A DNA stretch of 64,000 nt from Sedimentisphaerales bacterium. GTDB lineage: Bacteria > Planctomycetota > Phycisphaerae > Sedimentisphaerales > Anaerobacaceae. The stretch lies in NCBI GenBank assembly GCA_963708075.1, contig OY970194.1:5184001-5248000 (forward strand), given 5' to 3'. Under the pieces are notes generated by a model that saw only the letters and a list, made by a program, of their open reading frames with translations, did no database searches and had not been told where the DNA came from. Numbering within the stretch: position 1 is the first letter of the stretch; each line of letters begins with the position of its first letter. The position numbers and the translations under genes are program-made. Of this stretch, positions 42,609 to 53,919 are shown one piece after another.

Positions 42609-44726
42609 ATGATGGGGAGAATAACAACTGCTGTCGTAGTAACCGCGTTTCTCTGTGGGCCTGTATGCGCTGCGAGCGTGACCTGGATCGATGGTATGGG
42701 CGTCGCGGCTCCGTCCGGATGGTCGATCAGTCCATCAAACCCATCCACGACGAATGCCATTACCTTCAAGGGGCCTACCGACAGATCGTATGGAAATAGC
42801 TGCAATGCCGAACAAACCTTCGGTGGCACGCCCTATCTGTCGATCAACAATTCCACGAAAACGATCGAGCTGAAGTTTCAAGGCCCGGCGCCCGCCATGT
42901 GCGTTTTGATTCTCAAGCCCGCCGTGGGTCTTCAAGGCGATTTCGGCCCCCTTACTGCCGGCGCCTGGACGTTCAAATGCACGCATACCCGCATTCCATT
43001 CCAGCTCAACTTCACAGTCGGCGGGGCAGGTGGCGGACATATCCTTCGTGTGGACAGGAATGCCCCGTTGACGATCTGGACGCCGGACGGCACTAGCTGG
43101 ACAAGGGCTTTTCCGAACCTGCACGACGGACTGGCAGCGGCGCAACCCGGGGACACGATCCGTGTGGCGGATGGCATCTACGTGCCGGACGACGGATCGG
43201 GTGTCACCGCCGGCGATCGCGCGGCTTCCTTTGCAGTTCCCGACAATGTGACGGTCTTGTGCGGCTATGCCGGTTATGGCGCCTCCAATCCGGATGCACG
43301 GGATGTCGATACATATCCCACGATCTTGAGCGGTGATTTGAAGAGCGACGATCTCTGGGGAATCCTGAACACCTCGGAAAACAGTTACCACGTGGTTTCC
43401 TCCTCCGGCGCAGGCACGCTCGATGGTGCGATCGTTACCGCCGGCAACGCCGACGGCTCGGGAGACGACGGTTGCGGCGGCGGTGTCTTCCTGAAGGCCT
43501 CGAGTCTCAGGATCAATGCCTGCAAGATTCGGGGCAACAAAGCGGATTTCGGCGCTGGCGTGGCATGCCTGGAAGGCATCGCGCCCGTCCTGATCAATAC
43601 GGAAATCACAGGCAACTGGGCGTGGATCTTCGGCGGCTGCCTGTACAACGATGACGCCAACATCGAATTGACCAACTGCCTGATCACCGGCAACACCGCC
43701 GGCAGCGCAGACATCCTCGGCGGCGATGCCATTCTCAACGCCATGGGCAGTCTCGACATCACCAACTGCACCATCACGGACAATCGGCCCGGTCACGGCG
43801 CTCCTGCCAATGGGAGAGCCATCGTCAGTCTTGTCTGGGGTCCGGGTTTTGTGGACACGATTTCCATCAAAAACAGCATCGTCAGAAACGGCGGCAGTGA
43901 GGTATGGTGCACCGAGCCGGGCATCGTCACTCTCTACTACAACAACCTCGAAGGGGGCAAGGGCAGCTTCAGCGGTGTCGGAAATATAGATAAGGATCCC
44001 CTCTTCAAGAATCCCGGAACCTTCGGCATAGAAGGTGGGTGGTTCTTTGACGATGACGGATACACCTTGCTGGCAGGCTCGCCCAGCATCAATGCCGGGA
44101 ATCAAGCCTACTTGCCCGCGGGCCTTTCGGTGGACCTCAACGGGAATGCCCGCGTTCAGGGCGGCCAGGTCGATCAAGGCGCTTACGAGGGGGTCGGACT
44201 GCCCCCGGCCGTGGTCCTGGTTCCCAATGTGTACAACCAAACACAGAGCACGGCACAATCCATGATCACGAGTGCCGGACTGGTGGTAGGGACGATCACC
44301 CAGGCATATAGCGACACCGTTGCTGCCGGACGAGTCATCAGCCAGAACCCCGCCGGCGGCTCAACCGCCAACGTCGGCTCCGCTGTGAATCTGACGATCT
44401 CGAAGGGACCGGCCCCCGGAGGGTCATGGGTGCTGGAGGAGACCTCGACTATCACGGCGACAATACCGAACCCACCTCCCAGTCACCCGATCAGCGTCGC
44501 CGGTGAAGGCTCATGGACGTTCTACGCCAGCGGGACCAAGGACTGGAAGATCGAGATTACCAGCGTCGCCGGCGTAGGCGGCACCTGGACCGTGAACCCG
44601 TCCACCGGCACAGTTCCTTCCGGCTCGCATACCATCAACTTCACGATGGACGGTACGAACCTCGACATCAGTTGGATGTCCCCGGGAGACCGGAAGATCG
44701 CGGACATCAAGTTCTATACCCGGTGA
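42609..44726 (+). CDS. Secreted beta-helix / choice-of-anchor Q / PASTA domain protein
   Basis: Signal peptide; DGTSWTRAF, GGGV repeats, SPSINAG...VDQGAYE, VPNV...GRVISQNP. Confidence 0.8.
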   Translation: MMGRITTAVVVTAFLCGPVCAASVTWIDGMGVAAPSGWSISPSNPSTTNAITFKGPTDRSYGNSCNAEQTFGGTPYLSINNSTKTIELKFQGPAPAMCVLILKPAVGLQGDFGPLTAGAWTFKCTHTRIPFQLNFTVGGAGGGHILRVDRNAPLTIWTPDGTSWTRAFPNLHDGLAAAQPGDTIRVADGIYVPDDGSGVTAGDRAASFAVPDNVTVLCGYAGYGASNPDARDVDTYPTILSGDLKSDDLWGILNTSENSYHVVSSSGAGTLDGAIVTAGNADGSGDDGCGGGVFLKASSLRINACKIRGNKADFGAGVACLEGIAPVLINTEITGNWAWIFGGCLYNDDANIELTNCLITGNTAGSADILGGDAILNAMGSLDITNCTITDNRPGHGAPANGRAIVSLVWGPGFVDTISIKNSIVRNGGSEVWCTEPGIVTLYYNNLEGGKGSFSGVGNIDKDPLFKNPGTFGIEGGWFFDDDGYTLLAGSPSINAGNQAYLPAGLSVDLNGNARVQGGQVDQGAYEGVGLPPAVVLVPNVYNQTQSTAQSMITSAGLVVGTITQAYSDTVAAGRVISQNPAGGSTANVGSAVNLTISKGPAPGGSWVLEETSTITATIPNPPPSHPISVAGEGSWTFYASGTKDWKIEITSVAGVGGTWTVNPSTGTVPSGSHTINFTMDGTNLDISWMSPGDRKIADIKFYTR

Positions 44727-44764
44727 GAGGGTAAGTCGAGTTCTGCAAAATGCAAGTCGGGCTC

Positions 44765-44811
44765 ACTTCAGGAAGGAAGAATCGTCCCTTTCGATGCTTC
44801 CTTCCTGAAGT
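44765..44811 (+). terminator. Strong hairpin after the secreted-protein gene
   Basis: ACTTCAGGAAGGAAG / CTTCCTTCCTGAAGT; no clear U-tract. Confidence 0.45.
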
Positions 44812-45065
44812 CCATTGAGAACCTGCCGCCTGCCAAGCCGGAAAAAGTGAGAAAAAGTCACTTTTTTATGGAACACTTGGGCCGCAAAGTAGACCTATTA
44901 TCGTACACGCAGGGTACATCGTGTGCGCACGGCCTGCTTTGGCTCGATAGTCGCCGGCGAAAGGAGGTGATCGGACGACAGGTGGCGGAGGCGATTCGAA
45001 GCGGGCCGGGTGCGGTGCGTGAGTGTCTGGAATGAGCGAGAAATTGGGAAAAATGGAGGTGAAAA

Positions 45066-45635
45066 ATGACACGCAAGTATTCCTGGTCCATCATTCTATC
45101 GTGCGGCATCGTTCTCATGGCATTCCTATTGATGGGGCAAGCCCGGCTCCTGGGCCAGAAAGCGGCTGCCGGGGTGGTTTCCTTCGCCGCTTCCGATTCC
45201 TACGTCTATCGGCTGGAGATCGACGGCCTGCCGCCGGAAGTGTACGGCGAGTGCTCGGGCCTGGGCTCCAGCAGCGACGTCGAGGAGCAGAAGACCCTCA
45301 ACGGTCAGAGCGGCGTCGTCTGGCGCACGACTCCCGGGGCCCTGCGATGGGATCACATCACGCTCAAGCGCGATTCTGTCATCAGCATGCAGATCTGGGA
45401 TTGGCGCAGGAGCATCGAGCAGGGTCAGTTTCCCATGGCCTTCCGGAGCGGCTCGATCGTCATGATCGGGTCGAATTCGTCGCAGGAGTACGCCCGATGG
45501 ACCTTCCACAACGGCTGGCCCGCCCGGCTGAACTTCAATGAGGGCGTGGAAGAGCTGGTCATCGTCCACGACGGCCTGACGCTCGTCACTGCTCCCAGCA
45601 CCAGCGGCGGCACGATCGGGACCAAGAAACGCTAG
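45066..45635 (+). CDS. T4 gp19-like / eCIS tail-tube homologue with N-terminal signal peptide
   Basis: RLEIDG...ECSGL...PG...ITLKR...WDWR...RSGSI...RWTFHNGWP...EELVIVHDG; hydrophobic leader. Confidence 0.85.
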   Translation: MTRKYSWSIILSCGIVLMAFLLMGQARLLGQKAAAGVVSFAASDSYVYRLEIDGLPPEVYGECSGLGSSSDVEEQKTLNGQSGVVWRTTPGALRWDHITLKRDSVISMQIWDWRRSIEQGQFPMAFRSGSIVMIGSNSSQEYARWTFHNGWPARLNFNEGVEELVIVHDGLTLVTAPSTSGGTIGTKKR

Positions 45636-48287
45636 CTATCGGCTCCGGGCCCAGGCGTCGAGACTGAAGACGAAGAAATCGGCACTGCCGACGGGCGGGA
45701 ACGTCTGGCCGACCATGTGGACGAGATTGCCCACGAAGGTGAGCGTCAGCTCGACATCGCTGCCGTCGGCCATCTTGCCGGTGAACTCGATGGATTGATC
45801 TTCGCCGACGGTCCCGGCCAGAGCGGTCATGTTGAACACCTCGTTCGGATCCAGCGTCCGCGGGGACAGACCATCATCCGCGGCCACGGCGTCCACGTGC
45901 GAGAGCAAGGCCGCGCCGCCATTGAAGTCGATGGTCAGTTGGAATTGTCCCTCGATGCGATAGGGCCAGTGGACGCCCGCGAAGCCGCCGGTCTGAAGGA
46001 TCGTGCTCTGCTCGGGCAGGAACGTGTATTGGCCCGTGCCGGAGGCGGGGCCGGACTCCGACTTGCCGGCCTCCGGTGTGTTGCCGAAGGCGCCCATATT
46101 GACCCGCCCGCCATTGGGGAATGGCTCGAAGAACACGGGGCTGTTCGGATCGCCCGCGTCGATGCACGGACTGGTCGTGCTGTCGTTCATCCATTTGCCG
46201 GCTGTCGGGTTCCAGCGGCCGAATTGCGACTTGAGGTGGAAGTCGAATTTCTTCGCATCGGCGAAGAGTGGGTCGGCGACGAGATTGCCTTGGCCCCAGG
46301 TGACGGTGGAGTACTTGCCGGAGACGGAAATACCAGTCTGGCCGCCCTGGATGTCGCAGTAGTTGATCGTCACGTGGGAGCCGCGGTCCTTGACCGTCGT
46401 GTTCGAGGTGTCGGCCAGCGTGATGGACTGCGTGCAGCCCCAGATGATGCAGTTGGTGATCGTGGCGGTGCCTCCGCCCGGATTGAGGCGGTAGGGGGCG
46501 TCCCAGCGTCCCAAGTCAAACAGCCGGATGCCCCGGCCGCAATTGACGATCGTGTTATTGATCAGCGTCGCGCTGCATGAGTTTTCCACGGCGATGCCGC
46601 CGGCGGAGCAGCCGATGATCAGGTTGTTCATCACCACCGGCGAGCCCTTGTCCCGCAGGACCATGCCGTGGTCGTTGCTGCCCATGATCACGTTGTCCGT
46701 GATGATCGCCGAGCAGCGGGTGGGATTGATCCGGTCGTCGTATTCGGGCAGATCGAACAGGTTGCGGCGGATGACGCAGGGCGGCGTGCTCTCGCCCCAC
46801 AGGTCGATGTCGTCATTGTCGCCCCGCTTATCCTGAAAGTAGCAGTCCTCGACGAGCATGTAGGCGAAACGCGCGTGAATGCTCTGGCCGACGCCGAGGA
46901 AACGGCAGCCGGCGATGTAAGCGCTGGCCTCACCCGGATGGTCCTGATCGTCGGAGAAGATCGCGATGGCGTCGCCCTCGGCGTGCGCATCGTCACTCGG
47001 CATTTTCTGGAAGGTGCAGTTCTTGAAGTCAAGGTGACAGGCCAAGGCGACGATGGCCTCATGGTAGTTCCGGGGCCCGGGCTCGTAGTAGTCCTGGTGG
47101 TCGCCCTCGCTATCGGCGTACTCGAAGGTGCACCAGACGAAATTGCTGTCGGCGGCCTCGACGAACTTGATCTGCTTCCAGGTGTTCCCGGCGGCGAACC
47201 GGGTGAAGCGGATCGGCAGCTCTTCGGTCCCCTCGGCCAGGAGCTGTCCGGCGACGATGATGGAGACGCCTTTGTTCATCTGCAGGGTCGCCCCCGGCAG
47301 GATCTTCAAGACGCGGCCGGCCGGCACGGTGACGGTGCTCTCGACGATATAACGACCCGCGAGGGTCACATCCTTCTTCAGCTCGCCCCCGATGCGGTTC
47401 TCCTCCGGCTCGGCAGGAGGAGGATTCTGAATGGTGCCGATATAGACGATCTTGATCGAGCCGTAATCGACTTCCGTTCCGCCGACATTGAAGGCGTGCG
47501 CGGCGATGCTGTTCTCGCCGGGCATCAATGCGACGGTTTTCGACCAGGAACCGGTAACGGGGTCGAAGTCCGCGGGTTCGCCATCGACCATTACCGTCGC
47601 GGCCCCGGACCCGGAGGTGCGGCCGGTGATCGTGACCATCATCGTGGTCACGTAGTACGTCTGGCCCGAGTAGCCGGCGGCCGGCATCATGCGGAGAGCC
47701 GGGATCAGCGTGAAGTCGCTGCTGCCAGGATCGACGTTATGCCCCTCGATGGCGAGGACATTCCTACCCTCGATGAGCAGATCGCTGGCGGCGCCCAGGG
47801 CAAAGGTCTCCGGCAGGGCGGCCTCGTGGGAGGGAGACGCCGAGGTCTCATAGGTGACAGCGCCCGAGGGCATGGCGGCCCGCGCCACCTCCTTGCCGTT
47901 CAGGTACGCGATGAAGCCATCATCGTACTCCACGATCAGTTCCACGTTCCTGTCGTCCGGTGCCGAGTCTACGTTAAACGCCTTGCGGATGTACACGGTC
48001 TTGTAGCTGCCCTTCATGTCCGACAGGATCGTGGCATCATCGTTGTCGTCATAGCCGAAGCCGCTGGGCCCGCTCTCCCATTTGGAATCGTCAAAGTCCA
48101 TCGCCTTCCAGGCGTCGGCCGGGGTGCTCGGCGCGGTCTTGCCCCGGAAGAAGGCCCAGGAATCGCCGGGAGCGATAAACTCCGTGGTCTCGTCGCCCAA
48201 TTGGATCGTCATCGACCAGGCGGAGCCGCAAAGGATCGCCGACAGAATGGAACAGACGAGTACGAGCCTCGTGCAGGAACGTGCCAT
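45636..48287 (-). CDS. Secreted right-handed beta-helix protein
   Basis: Signal peptide; YDDGFIAYLNG domain; PbH repeats; DFHLKSQFGRW...SPCIDAGDP. Confidence 0.8.
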   Translation of the reverse strand: MARSCTRLVLVCSILSAILCGSAWSMTIQLGDETTEFIAPGDSWAFFRGKTAPSTPADAWKAMDFDDSKWESGPSGFGYDDNDDATILSDMKGSYKTVYIRKAFNVDSAPDDRNVELIVEYDDGFIAYLNGKEVARAAMPSGAVTYETSASPSHEAALPETFALGAASDLLIEGRNVLAIEGHNVDPGSSDFTLIPALRMMPAAGYSGQTYYVTTMMVTITGRTSGSGAATVMVDGEPADFDPVTGSWSKTVALMPGENSIAAHAFNVGGTEVDYGSIKIVYIGTIQNPPPAEPEENRIGGELKKDVTLAGRYIVESTVTVPAGRVLKILPGATLQMNKGVSIIVAGQLLAEGTEELPIRFTRFAAGNTWKQIKFVEAADSNFVWCTFEYADSEGDHQDYYEPGPRNYHEAIVALACHLDFKNCTFQKMPSDDAHAEGDAIAIFSDDQDHPGEASAYIAGCRFLGVGQSIHARFAYMLVEDCYFQDKRGDNDDIDLWGESTPPCVIRRNLFDLPEYDDRINPTRCSAIITDNVIMGSNDHGMVLRDKGSPVVMNNLIIGCSAGGIAVENSCSATLINNTIVNCGRGIRLFDLGRWDAPYRLNPGGGTATITNCIIWGCTQSITLADTSNTTVKDRGSHVTINYCDIQGGQTGISVSGKYSTVTWGQGNLVADPLFADAKKFDFHLKSQFGRWNPTAGKWMNDSTTSPCIDAGDPNSPVFFEPFPNGGRVNMGAFGNTPEAGKSESGPASGTGQYTFLPEQSTILQTGGFAGVHWPYRIEGQFQLTIDFNGGAALLSHVDAVAADDGLSPRTLDPNEVFNMTALAGTVGEDQSIEFTGKMADGSDVELTLTFVGNLVHMVGQTFPPVGSADFFVFSLDAWARSR

Positions 48288-48393
48288 AGGAGTGTCCTCC
48301 GATAATCCAGTTCACCCGAAAAACGGCAACAATCCGTATTATACCACAAATGACGGCCCCCGCGATGACAAAAATGCCTCTGGCTGCCGGTGG

Positions 48394-48574
48394 GGGTGCG
48401 GTCGGCATTCGGTGGCGGATTCGGGGCTCCGCGTAGGACGAGCGTCCTCGCTCGTCCTCTTTCGGCTGTGGCCTTGTACAGTATCCAGTCCGTTGCAAGG
48501 GCCCAGACTGGTCGTGCGGGGACGCACGACCTACGAAGAGGCTCGCCGACTGCCACCGTATTCCGACCACACCC
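48394..48574. mobile_element. MITE family A copy 4 (181 bp) with different REP cargo
   Basis: Same TIRs; perfect 9-bp TSD TGCCGGTGG (48385-48393 / 48575-48583); internal GTAGG...CCTAC hairpin pair. Confidence 0.88.
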
Positions 48575-48657
48575 TGCCGGTGGGAGGCAAAGGAAAGGCC
48601 CCGGACGGGGCTGCTTTACCCGGTCCGGGGCCTTCTGTATCTCGATCGATGGTTGGA

Positions 48658-50622
48658 TCACTGACCCTGGTTTCTCGCTCGTCGCAGGAGGGCCCTGGCC
48701 CGGTTGCTGAGTTCATCGTTTCCTGCCATCTGGGTCACTTTCTCCAGCGGCTCGATGAGGGCAGTGGTGTCCTTCTGGCCGCGTCCCCGGAGAAACTTCT
48801 CGGCGATGCCGACAATGGCCAGGGCCGCTTCCTGCCGCACGGCGACGTCATCGAGGTAAGGAGTGATCAGTGGCACCGCCTGGGGCGAGCCGGTGCCGCT
48901 CAGCGTGCTGAGCAGCAGCCGCTTTTCACCCTCATTCTGGACGATGCCGGCGGCCTGACGGGCCATGTCCAGCCGCTGCTCGATAGGGACATCGCCGCGG
49001 GCGGCCAGACCCAGGTAGCCGCGAAGGAACAGCGTTCGGTCGCTCGGACTCTTCGCCTCCCTGGCCAGGGCCAGCAGGTGCGGGGCAGCATCAACGCTCT
49101 TCCACGTGCTCAGCGCGCGGATGGCGGCGGCACGAACGTCGGCGTCGCTGCTGTCGACTGACGCGTGTACAGCCTTCAGCGCCTCCGGCCCTCCGACGAC
49201 AGCGAGCACACGAAGCAGGATCGCCTTCTGAGGCGGCCTGGCCTTATCCAGACTGGCGATGAGCTTGCCGGCCACGGCCTGCGAGTCCGCGGCCTTCGTG
49301 CACGCGGTCATCAGGGCCTGTTCGACGGCGGCCAAGTCCTCCTGTTTCTCAGACTGTGCCAGCAGCTCAAGCAGGGCGGGTACTTGCTCAGCGCCGGCCA
49401 TCTCGCCGGCCATTCGCGTGGCGGCCTGCCGGACCTTCGGATCGTTATCGCGAGTCGCTTTGAGCAGTGCAGGCACGCTCGACACCATGCGCCGTCGCCC
49501 GATCATGTCGAGAGCCGTGAGCCGCTTCTCCGTATTGTCGCTGTTGAACATCGCCATAATGGCGGCGTCGGCCTCTTTACCGGGCAGGGCGGCGAGACTC
49601 TCCTGCGCGATCGCGGCCATCTCCTTGTCCGGATCGTCGAGCAACTGGACCAGCACGGGCACGGCGGAGGCATCGCCGATCTCGGTCGCTGCACGTACCG
49701 CCGCCACGCGAACGGGCATCAGTCCGCTCCGGGCTGCCGCCAACAGTGGGGGCATCGCCCCTTTGTCGCCGCGCAGTCCCAGGGCCTGGATCACGAGGAT
49801 CTGATTGTCCGCGGGCAGACCCTTCATTGCATCGAGCAGCGCCTTCGTGGCTTCGGCGCCAGGGATCGCCTGCGAGGTCTGCACAGCGGTGGAGAACAGG
49901 ATGTAGTCGTTGTTGCGCAGGTGCTCCTCCAGCAGCGCCAGACCCTCATTGTCGCGGGCGAGGATCGCGCCTCGCAAAGCGCCGGCGCGGACCTGGTGGG
50001 GACCGTCGAGCTTACGCAACTCGTCGTAGATGGTGACGGCCTGTCCCTTCTGCCCGTCGGCGGCGAGTCTTTCGGCGCAGCGGAGCAGTCCTTCGCAGAC
50101 ATCGAGCCGTCTGTCAGCGGCGGCACTGGGCAGCACCTGCTGCAGGGCCTTGGCGGCCTCAGCGTTTCCGATGCTGCCTGTGGCTCTTGCCGCGGCTCGG
50201 GCGACCACGGCGTCGGAGTCGCTCAGCAACTTGGCCAGAGCGGGAACGGCTTTCGCGTCACGGCGGACGCCGACGCTGGTGATGACGCCGACGAGCGGCC
50301 GGCCCTTGAGCTTGCCCAGCGCGTCGCGCAGGGCCTCATCGACCGCCGGGTCCGGGTTGCGCTCCAGGGCGTAGCGGGCGTTGTGGGAGAGTCTCTCATC
50401 GCCGAGCAGGGCGGCCAGCGGCGCGATCGAATCCTTGCCGCCGATGATGGCCAGTTGCCGACAAGCGTCGACCTTATCTTTCAGAGGCGCATCCTGCGCC
50501 TTCAACACGGCGATCAGCTTCGGCTCATCCTGCTTCGGCGCGACGGTTTGTGCGAATGTCTGCACCGCGCAGGCGAGCAGCAATACGACAATCGGGATCG
50601 TGTATAATCTTGACTTCAACAT
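48658..50622 (-). CDS. Secreted HEAT-repeat protein
   Basis: Start MLKSRLYTIP with signal peptide; many VRxAAxRAL repeats. Confidence 0.85.
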   Translation of the reverse strand: MLKSRLYTIPIVVLLLACAVQTFAQTVAPKQDEPKLIAVLKAQDAPLKDKVDACRQLAIIGGKDSIAPLAALLGDERLSHNARYALERNPDPAVDEALRDALGKLKGRPLVGVITSVGVRRDAKAVPALAKLLSDSDAVVARAAARATGSIGNAEAAKALQQVLPSAAADRRLDVCEGLLRCAERLAADGQKGQAVTIYDELRKLDGPHQVRAGALRGAILARDNEGLALLEEHLRNNDYILFSTAVQTSQAIPGAEATKALLDAMKGLPADNQILVIQALGLRGDKGAMPPLLAAARSGLMPVRVAAVRAATEIGDASAVPVLVQLLDDPDKEMAAIAQESLAALPGKEADAAIMAMFNSDNTEKRLTALDMIGRRRMVSSVPALLKATRDNDPKVRQAATRMAGEMAGAEQVPALLELLAQSEKQEDLAAVEQALMTACTKAADSQAVAGKLIASLDKARPPQKAILLRVLAVVGGPEALKAVHASVDSSDADVRAAAIRALSTWKSVDAAPHLLALAREAKSPSDRTLFLRGYLGLAARGDVPIEQRLDMARQAAGIVQNEGEKRLLLSTLSGTGSPQAVPLITPYLDDVAVRQEAALAIVGIAEKFLRGRGQKDTTALIEPLEKVTQMAGNDELSNRARALLRRARNQGQ

Positions 50623-50723
50623 GGCAAACTCCTCAAACGAGTTCGCAGTCCCCAGTGGTCGGTTCCCGGTGGGCCATTTCTCCCACAAGCTCCGACAACT
50701 GACAACCGCCAACTGACAACTGG

Positions 50724-52036
50724 TTAGATGGTCCACGGCTCGCGCATGGCGCGGGCACGGAATCGGTTGGCCTGCTCGTCGTTGACGAACTCCTCCTTGA
50801 CCGGGTCGAACTTCATGTCCCGCTTGAGCCACATGCAGACGTTGGCCGCGTGCACGGTGGACATGGAGCGGTGCATCATGACGGGGTTGGCCACGGTCTC
50901 CCGCCGCGACTTGACACAGTCGAGGAAGTTGCGGACGTGGCTCATCGGCCGCTGCGTGCGGGCCATGTAGTCGTCGACCAGCTTCTTGAAGTCGGCCATC
51001 CATGCGGGGTTGGACACTTCGCATTTCGAGTAGCCGTCGGCGATGGCGACCCAGCCCTCGGGACCCTCGTAGCGGACGCCGCACGAGCCGTGCCAGATCT
51101 TGGCGTCCATGTCCCGCTCAAGGACCATCTTCACGCCGTTGGCGAAGGTCGTCACCATGCCGTCGCCGCTGTCATTGTTGACGTACCTGTACTCCACGGG
51201 CGACGTTCTCCACAGGTCGAGCGCGACCTGGCATTGAGCGAACGTGTGCGCACCCACTCGCCGATGCAGCTCGTGTGGAAGTCGTAGTGGTTTCGCCACT
51301 GGCCCTGGGTATAAGCGACATTGTAGGGCCGCCAGGGACATGGGCCGAGCCAGGCGTCCCAGTCGGTCTCTTCTTTCGGCGGCAGCGGCTGCTCCGGCAG
51401 CCAGTCGTGGCGCATCTCGGCGGCGTCCCACGGGGCGATGTGCGCCCGGACGGTGTGGACCTTGCCGAGATAGCCGAGCCGCAGCAGTTCGTTGGCGAAC
51501 GTGAAGTTGCCTTCACTGAGCCGCTGGATGCCGGACTGGTAGATCCGCCGGTAGCGCCGGGCGGTTTCCACGACGCCCTGACCCTCCGCGATCGTCATGG
51601 CCGAGGGCTTCTCCGAGTACACGTCTTTGCCCGCCCGCATGGCCATGATGGCCGCCAGCGCATGCCAGCGATCGCCCGTAGTGCTCAGGACCGCGTCGAT
51701 ATCCGTGCGGGCCGCCAGGAACTCGCGGATGTCGGCGTACACGGCGCAGTCCTTGTTGCCGTAGCGAGTGTCCACGAGCCTCTTGACGGCCTCGCGTCTG
51801 GCCTTCTGCGGGTCGCAGGTGGCCACGAACTGGACATCCTTTTCCGGCAGCATCCAGTTCAGATCGTGCGTGCCGCGGTTGCCGATCCCGATGCCCCCGA
51901 GCACGATGCGCTCGCTGGGCGGGACGGCGCCGTTGCGGGCGAACACGGAGGCCGGCACGATGCAGGGTATCGCCGCCAGCGCCGCCGTGCGTCCCAGGAA
52001 TGCCCGCCGCGAAAGATTCGTCTTCTTGTCTGACAT
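50724..52036 (-). CDS. Tat-exported Gfo/Idh/MocA oxidoreductase, frameshift near 51255
   Basis: SRRAFLG, GIGNRG, DVYSEKP, WLGPCP, GEW(G)AH, REPW. Confidence 0.9.
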
Positions 52037-53241
52037 GGCAGTCTCCTCATTACGATTGATTAAGGATTATTGATGAAGGATGATTGTCACCCAGTCACAC
52101 CTTCGGTTGCCGTCGTCGCCACAGTAGCTCGCGACATCCTCGCGGGTCGCCGCGCGTGACTCACGCACAAGGTTGGAAGTCCAATTCGTCACGGCCAAGA
52201 TTCTACCGCCGGGTCCCCGCCGCGCCCACCACAAAGGAATCGCCAGGCCGGCATAAACCTGTCACCCGGAGTCAGGTAGGAGATCAGCAGCACCGGGTGG
52301 CACCGCCAAACTCGTTGAGAACGTCCCATGTTCTTGAGATTGCTCCGTTGGAGCCTGGGGATGCCCGCTCAGCGACGGATCCATTCCGCCGCTGAGCGGC
52401 GGGAGTTTGCCGCTTTTTGGCCTCCAGCATGATTCCGGCTACTGCCCCATTCAGGCGATTGCTCACAGATAGTGCGTACGACCAACCATGCCGGCGGCTC
52501 TAAAGCGATAAACTCCCTGCCGGCGGCCGCCGGCAGGTTCCCACAGGTCCCCAAGCAGATCCTGTGACTGGGGGCGAACAGGCTTGGCGCAGAGACTCAA
52601 GGATTTGGGACGATGCCAACTCGTTTGACGGTGCTCGTTCGACTGAGCCTGACCATTCGAAGCCCCACGGGCAAACGAGTTGGGTTCGTCCCAAGTTGTT
52701 GAGTTTTGGGTGGCAGCGTCAAGCGCAGCTTGCACAGGCTCGATCTCAAGGATTTGGGACGAACCCAACGAGTTTACCCGTGCTACCCAAGCCTGTGCCT
52801 TTGCAAGCCAATCGCGCTCGGCTATTGGAACTCCATGTCTGTGGACTCCGGGTGGCGGCGGCCGGGTGCCATGTCTACGCTTGCGTAGACATGGTCCATT
52901 CGATGGGCAAGACATGCTTACGCAAGCGTAAGCATGGCACCCAAGAATATCTGGAGAGAGCGGCATGGGCTGAAGCCCATCCTGCATGATTCGGGCCGGG
53001 GCACAGGTGAGGAACTCCTCTGTGGCAAGTCCGGTAAGAATCGTTGCTGTGAATCTGGGCAGGGGTGAATTAGCTGCGGTGAACAGGAGTTTTGCGTTGA
53101 CAGTAATAGGAGAAGAGAAGAGGATACTGTAGGCAGGCAGACACACGGGGATCATCAATTTCAATGATTGCAGAGGTGTCCGTCGCTCAATTAGGATGGA
53201 GGCCGGCGGGCATAGTGTTGGAAGCGGTGGTAAGGAGAGAA

Positions 53242-53919
53242 ATGGCTAAGCAGGGATCGAAAACACATCGCCCTCCCAGTGAACCGCCGAGTCTGACGAA
53301 GGTTGCCACCGGCATAGCCGGACTGGATGATATCTTGGAGGGCGGCTTTCCGGCCGGTCGAACCACGCTCATCAGCGCCGGTCCCGGCACGGGCAAGACC
53401 ATGCTGGGCCTGGAGTTTCTGTACAAGTCGGCGCTGGCCGGCAAGGCGGGAATTCTCTTGCTGTTCGAGGAGCGAGCCGATGCCACCCGGCGCAACGTCC
53501 GCTCGCTCGGGTGGGATCTGGCTGCGATGGAGAAGGCCGGCAAGCTGTTCATCCTCGAAGCCCGCCTGCCGCGCGACGCGGTCCTGTCCGGCGATTTCAA
53601 CATCACGACCCTGATGACCAACCAGCTCGCCGGCAACTTCGAGCGGATCGATTTCAGCGGCATCGGGTTCTCCTCGCTCATCGACACGATCATCCTGCTG
53701 CGCTTCGTCGAGATCTATAATAAGATCACGCGGAGTCTGCTGGTTCTCAAGAGCCGCGGCACCAAACACTCGAACAGCTATCACCGGTTCGTGATTACGG
53801 ATCATGGCATCGAAATGACCACGATCCCCAGCGGAGCGAGATTGAGCGAAACGTACGGTCAGCCCTTGACGGAGCGATCCCACGCGGAGGCGGGAACGCG
53901 GAAGGGAGGCGAGCGATAA
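53242..53919 (+). CDS. kaiC: KaiC-family ATPase with a large internal in-frame deletion
   Basis: TGIAGLDDILEGG, GPGTGKT, FEE, SGDF joined directly to ITTLMT...SSLIDT...LKSRG..HSN. Confidence 0.75.
   Translation: MAKQGSKTHRPPSEPPSLTKVATGIAGLDDILEGGFPAGRTTLISAGPGTGKTMLGLEFLYKSALAGKAGILLLFEERADATRRNVRSLGWDLAAMEKAGKLFILEARLPRDAVLSGDFNITTLMTNQLAGNFERIDFSGIGFSSLIDTIILLRFVEIYNKITRSLLVLKSRGTKHSNSYHRFVITDHGIEMTTIPSGARLSETYGQPLTERSHAEAGTRKGGER

Noticed and set aside
50623..51084. N-terminal extension of the HEAT-repeat ORF
   Set aside because: Out-of-frame read of the oxidoreductase plus a repeat; the signal peptide starts at 50622.
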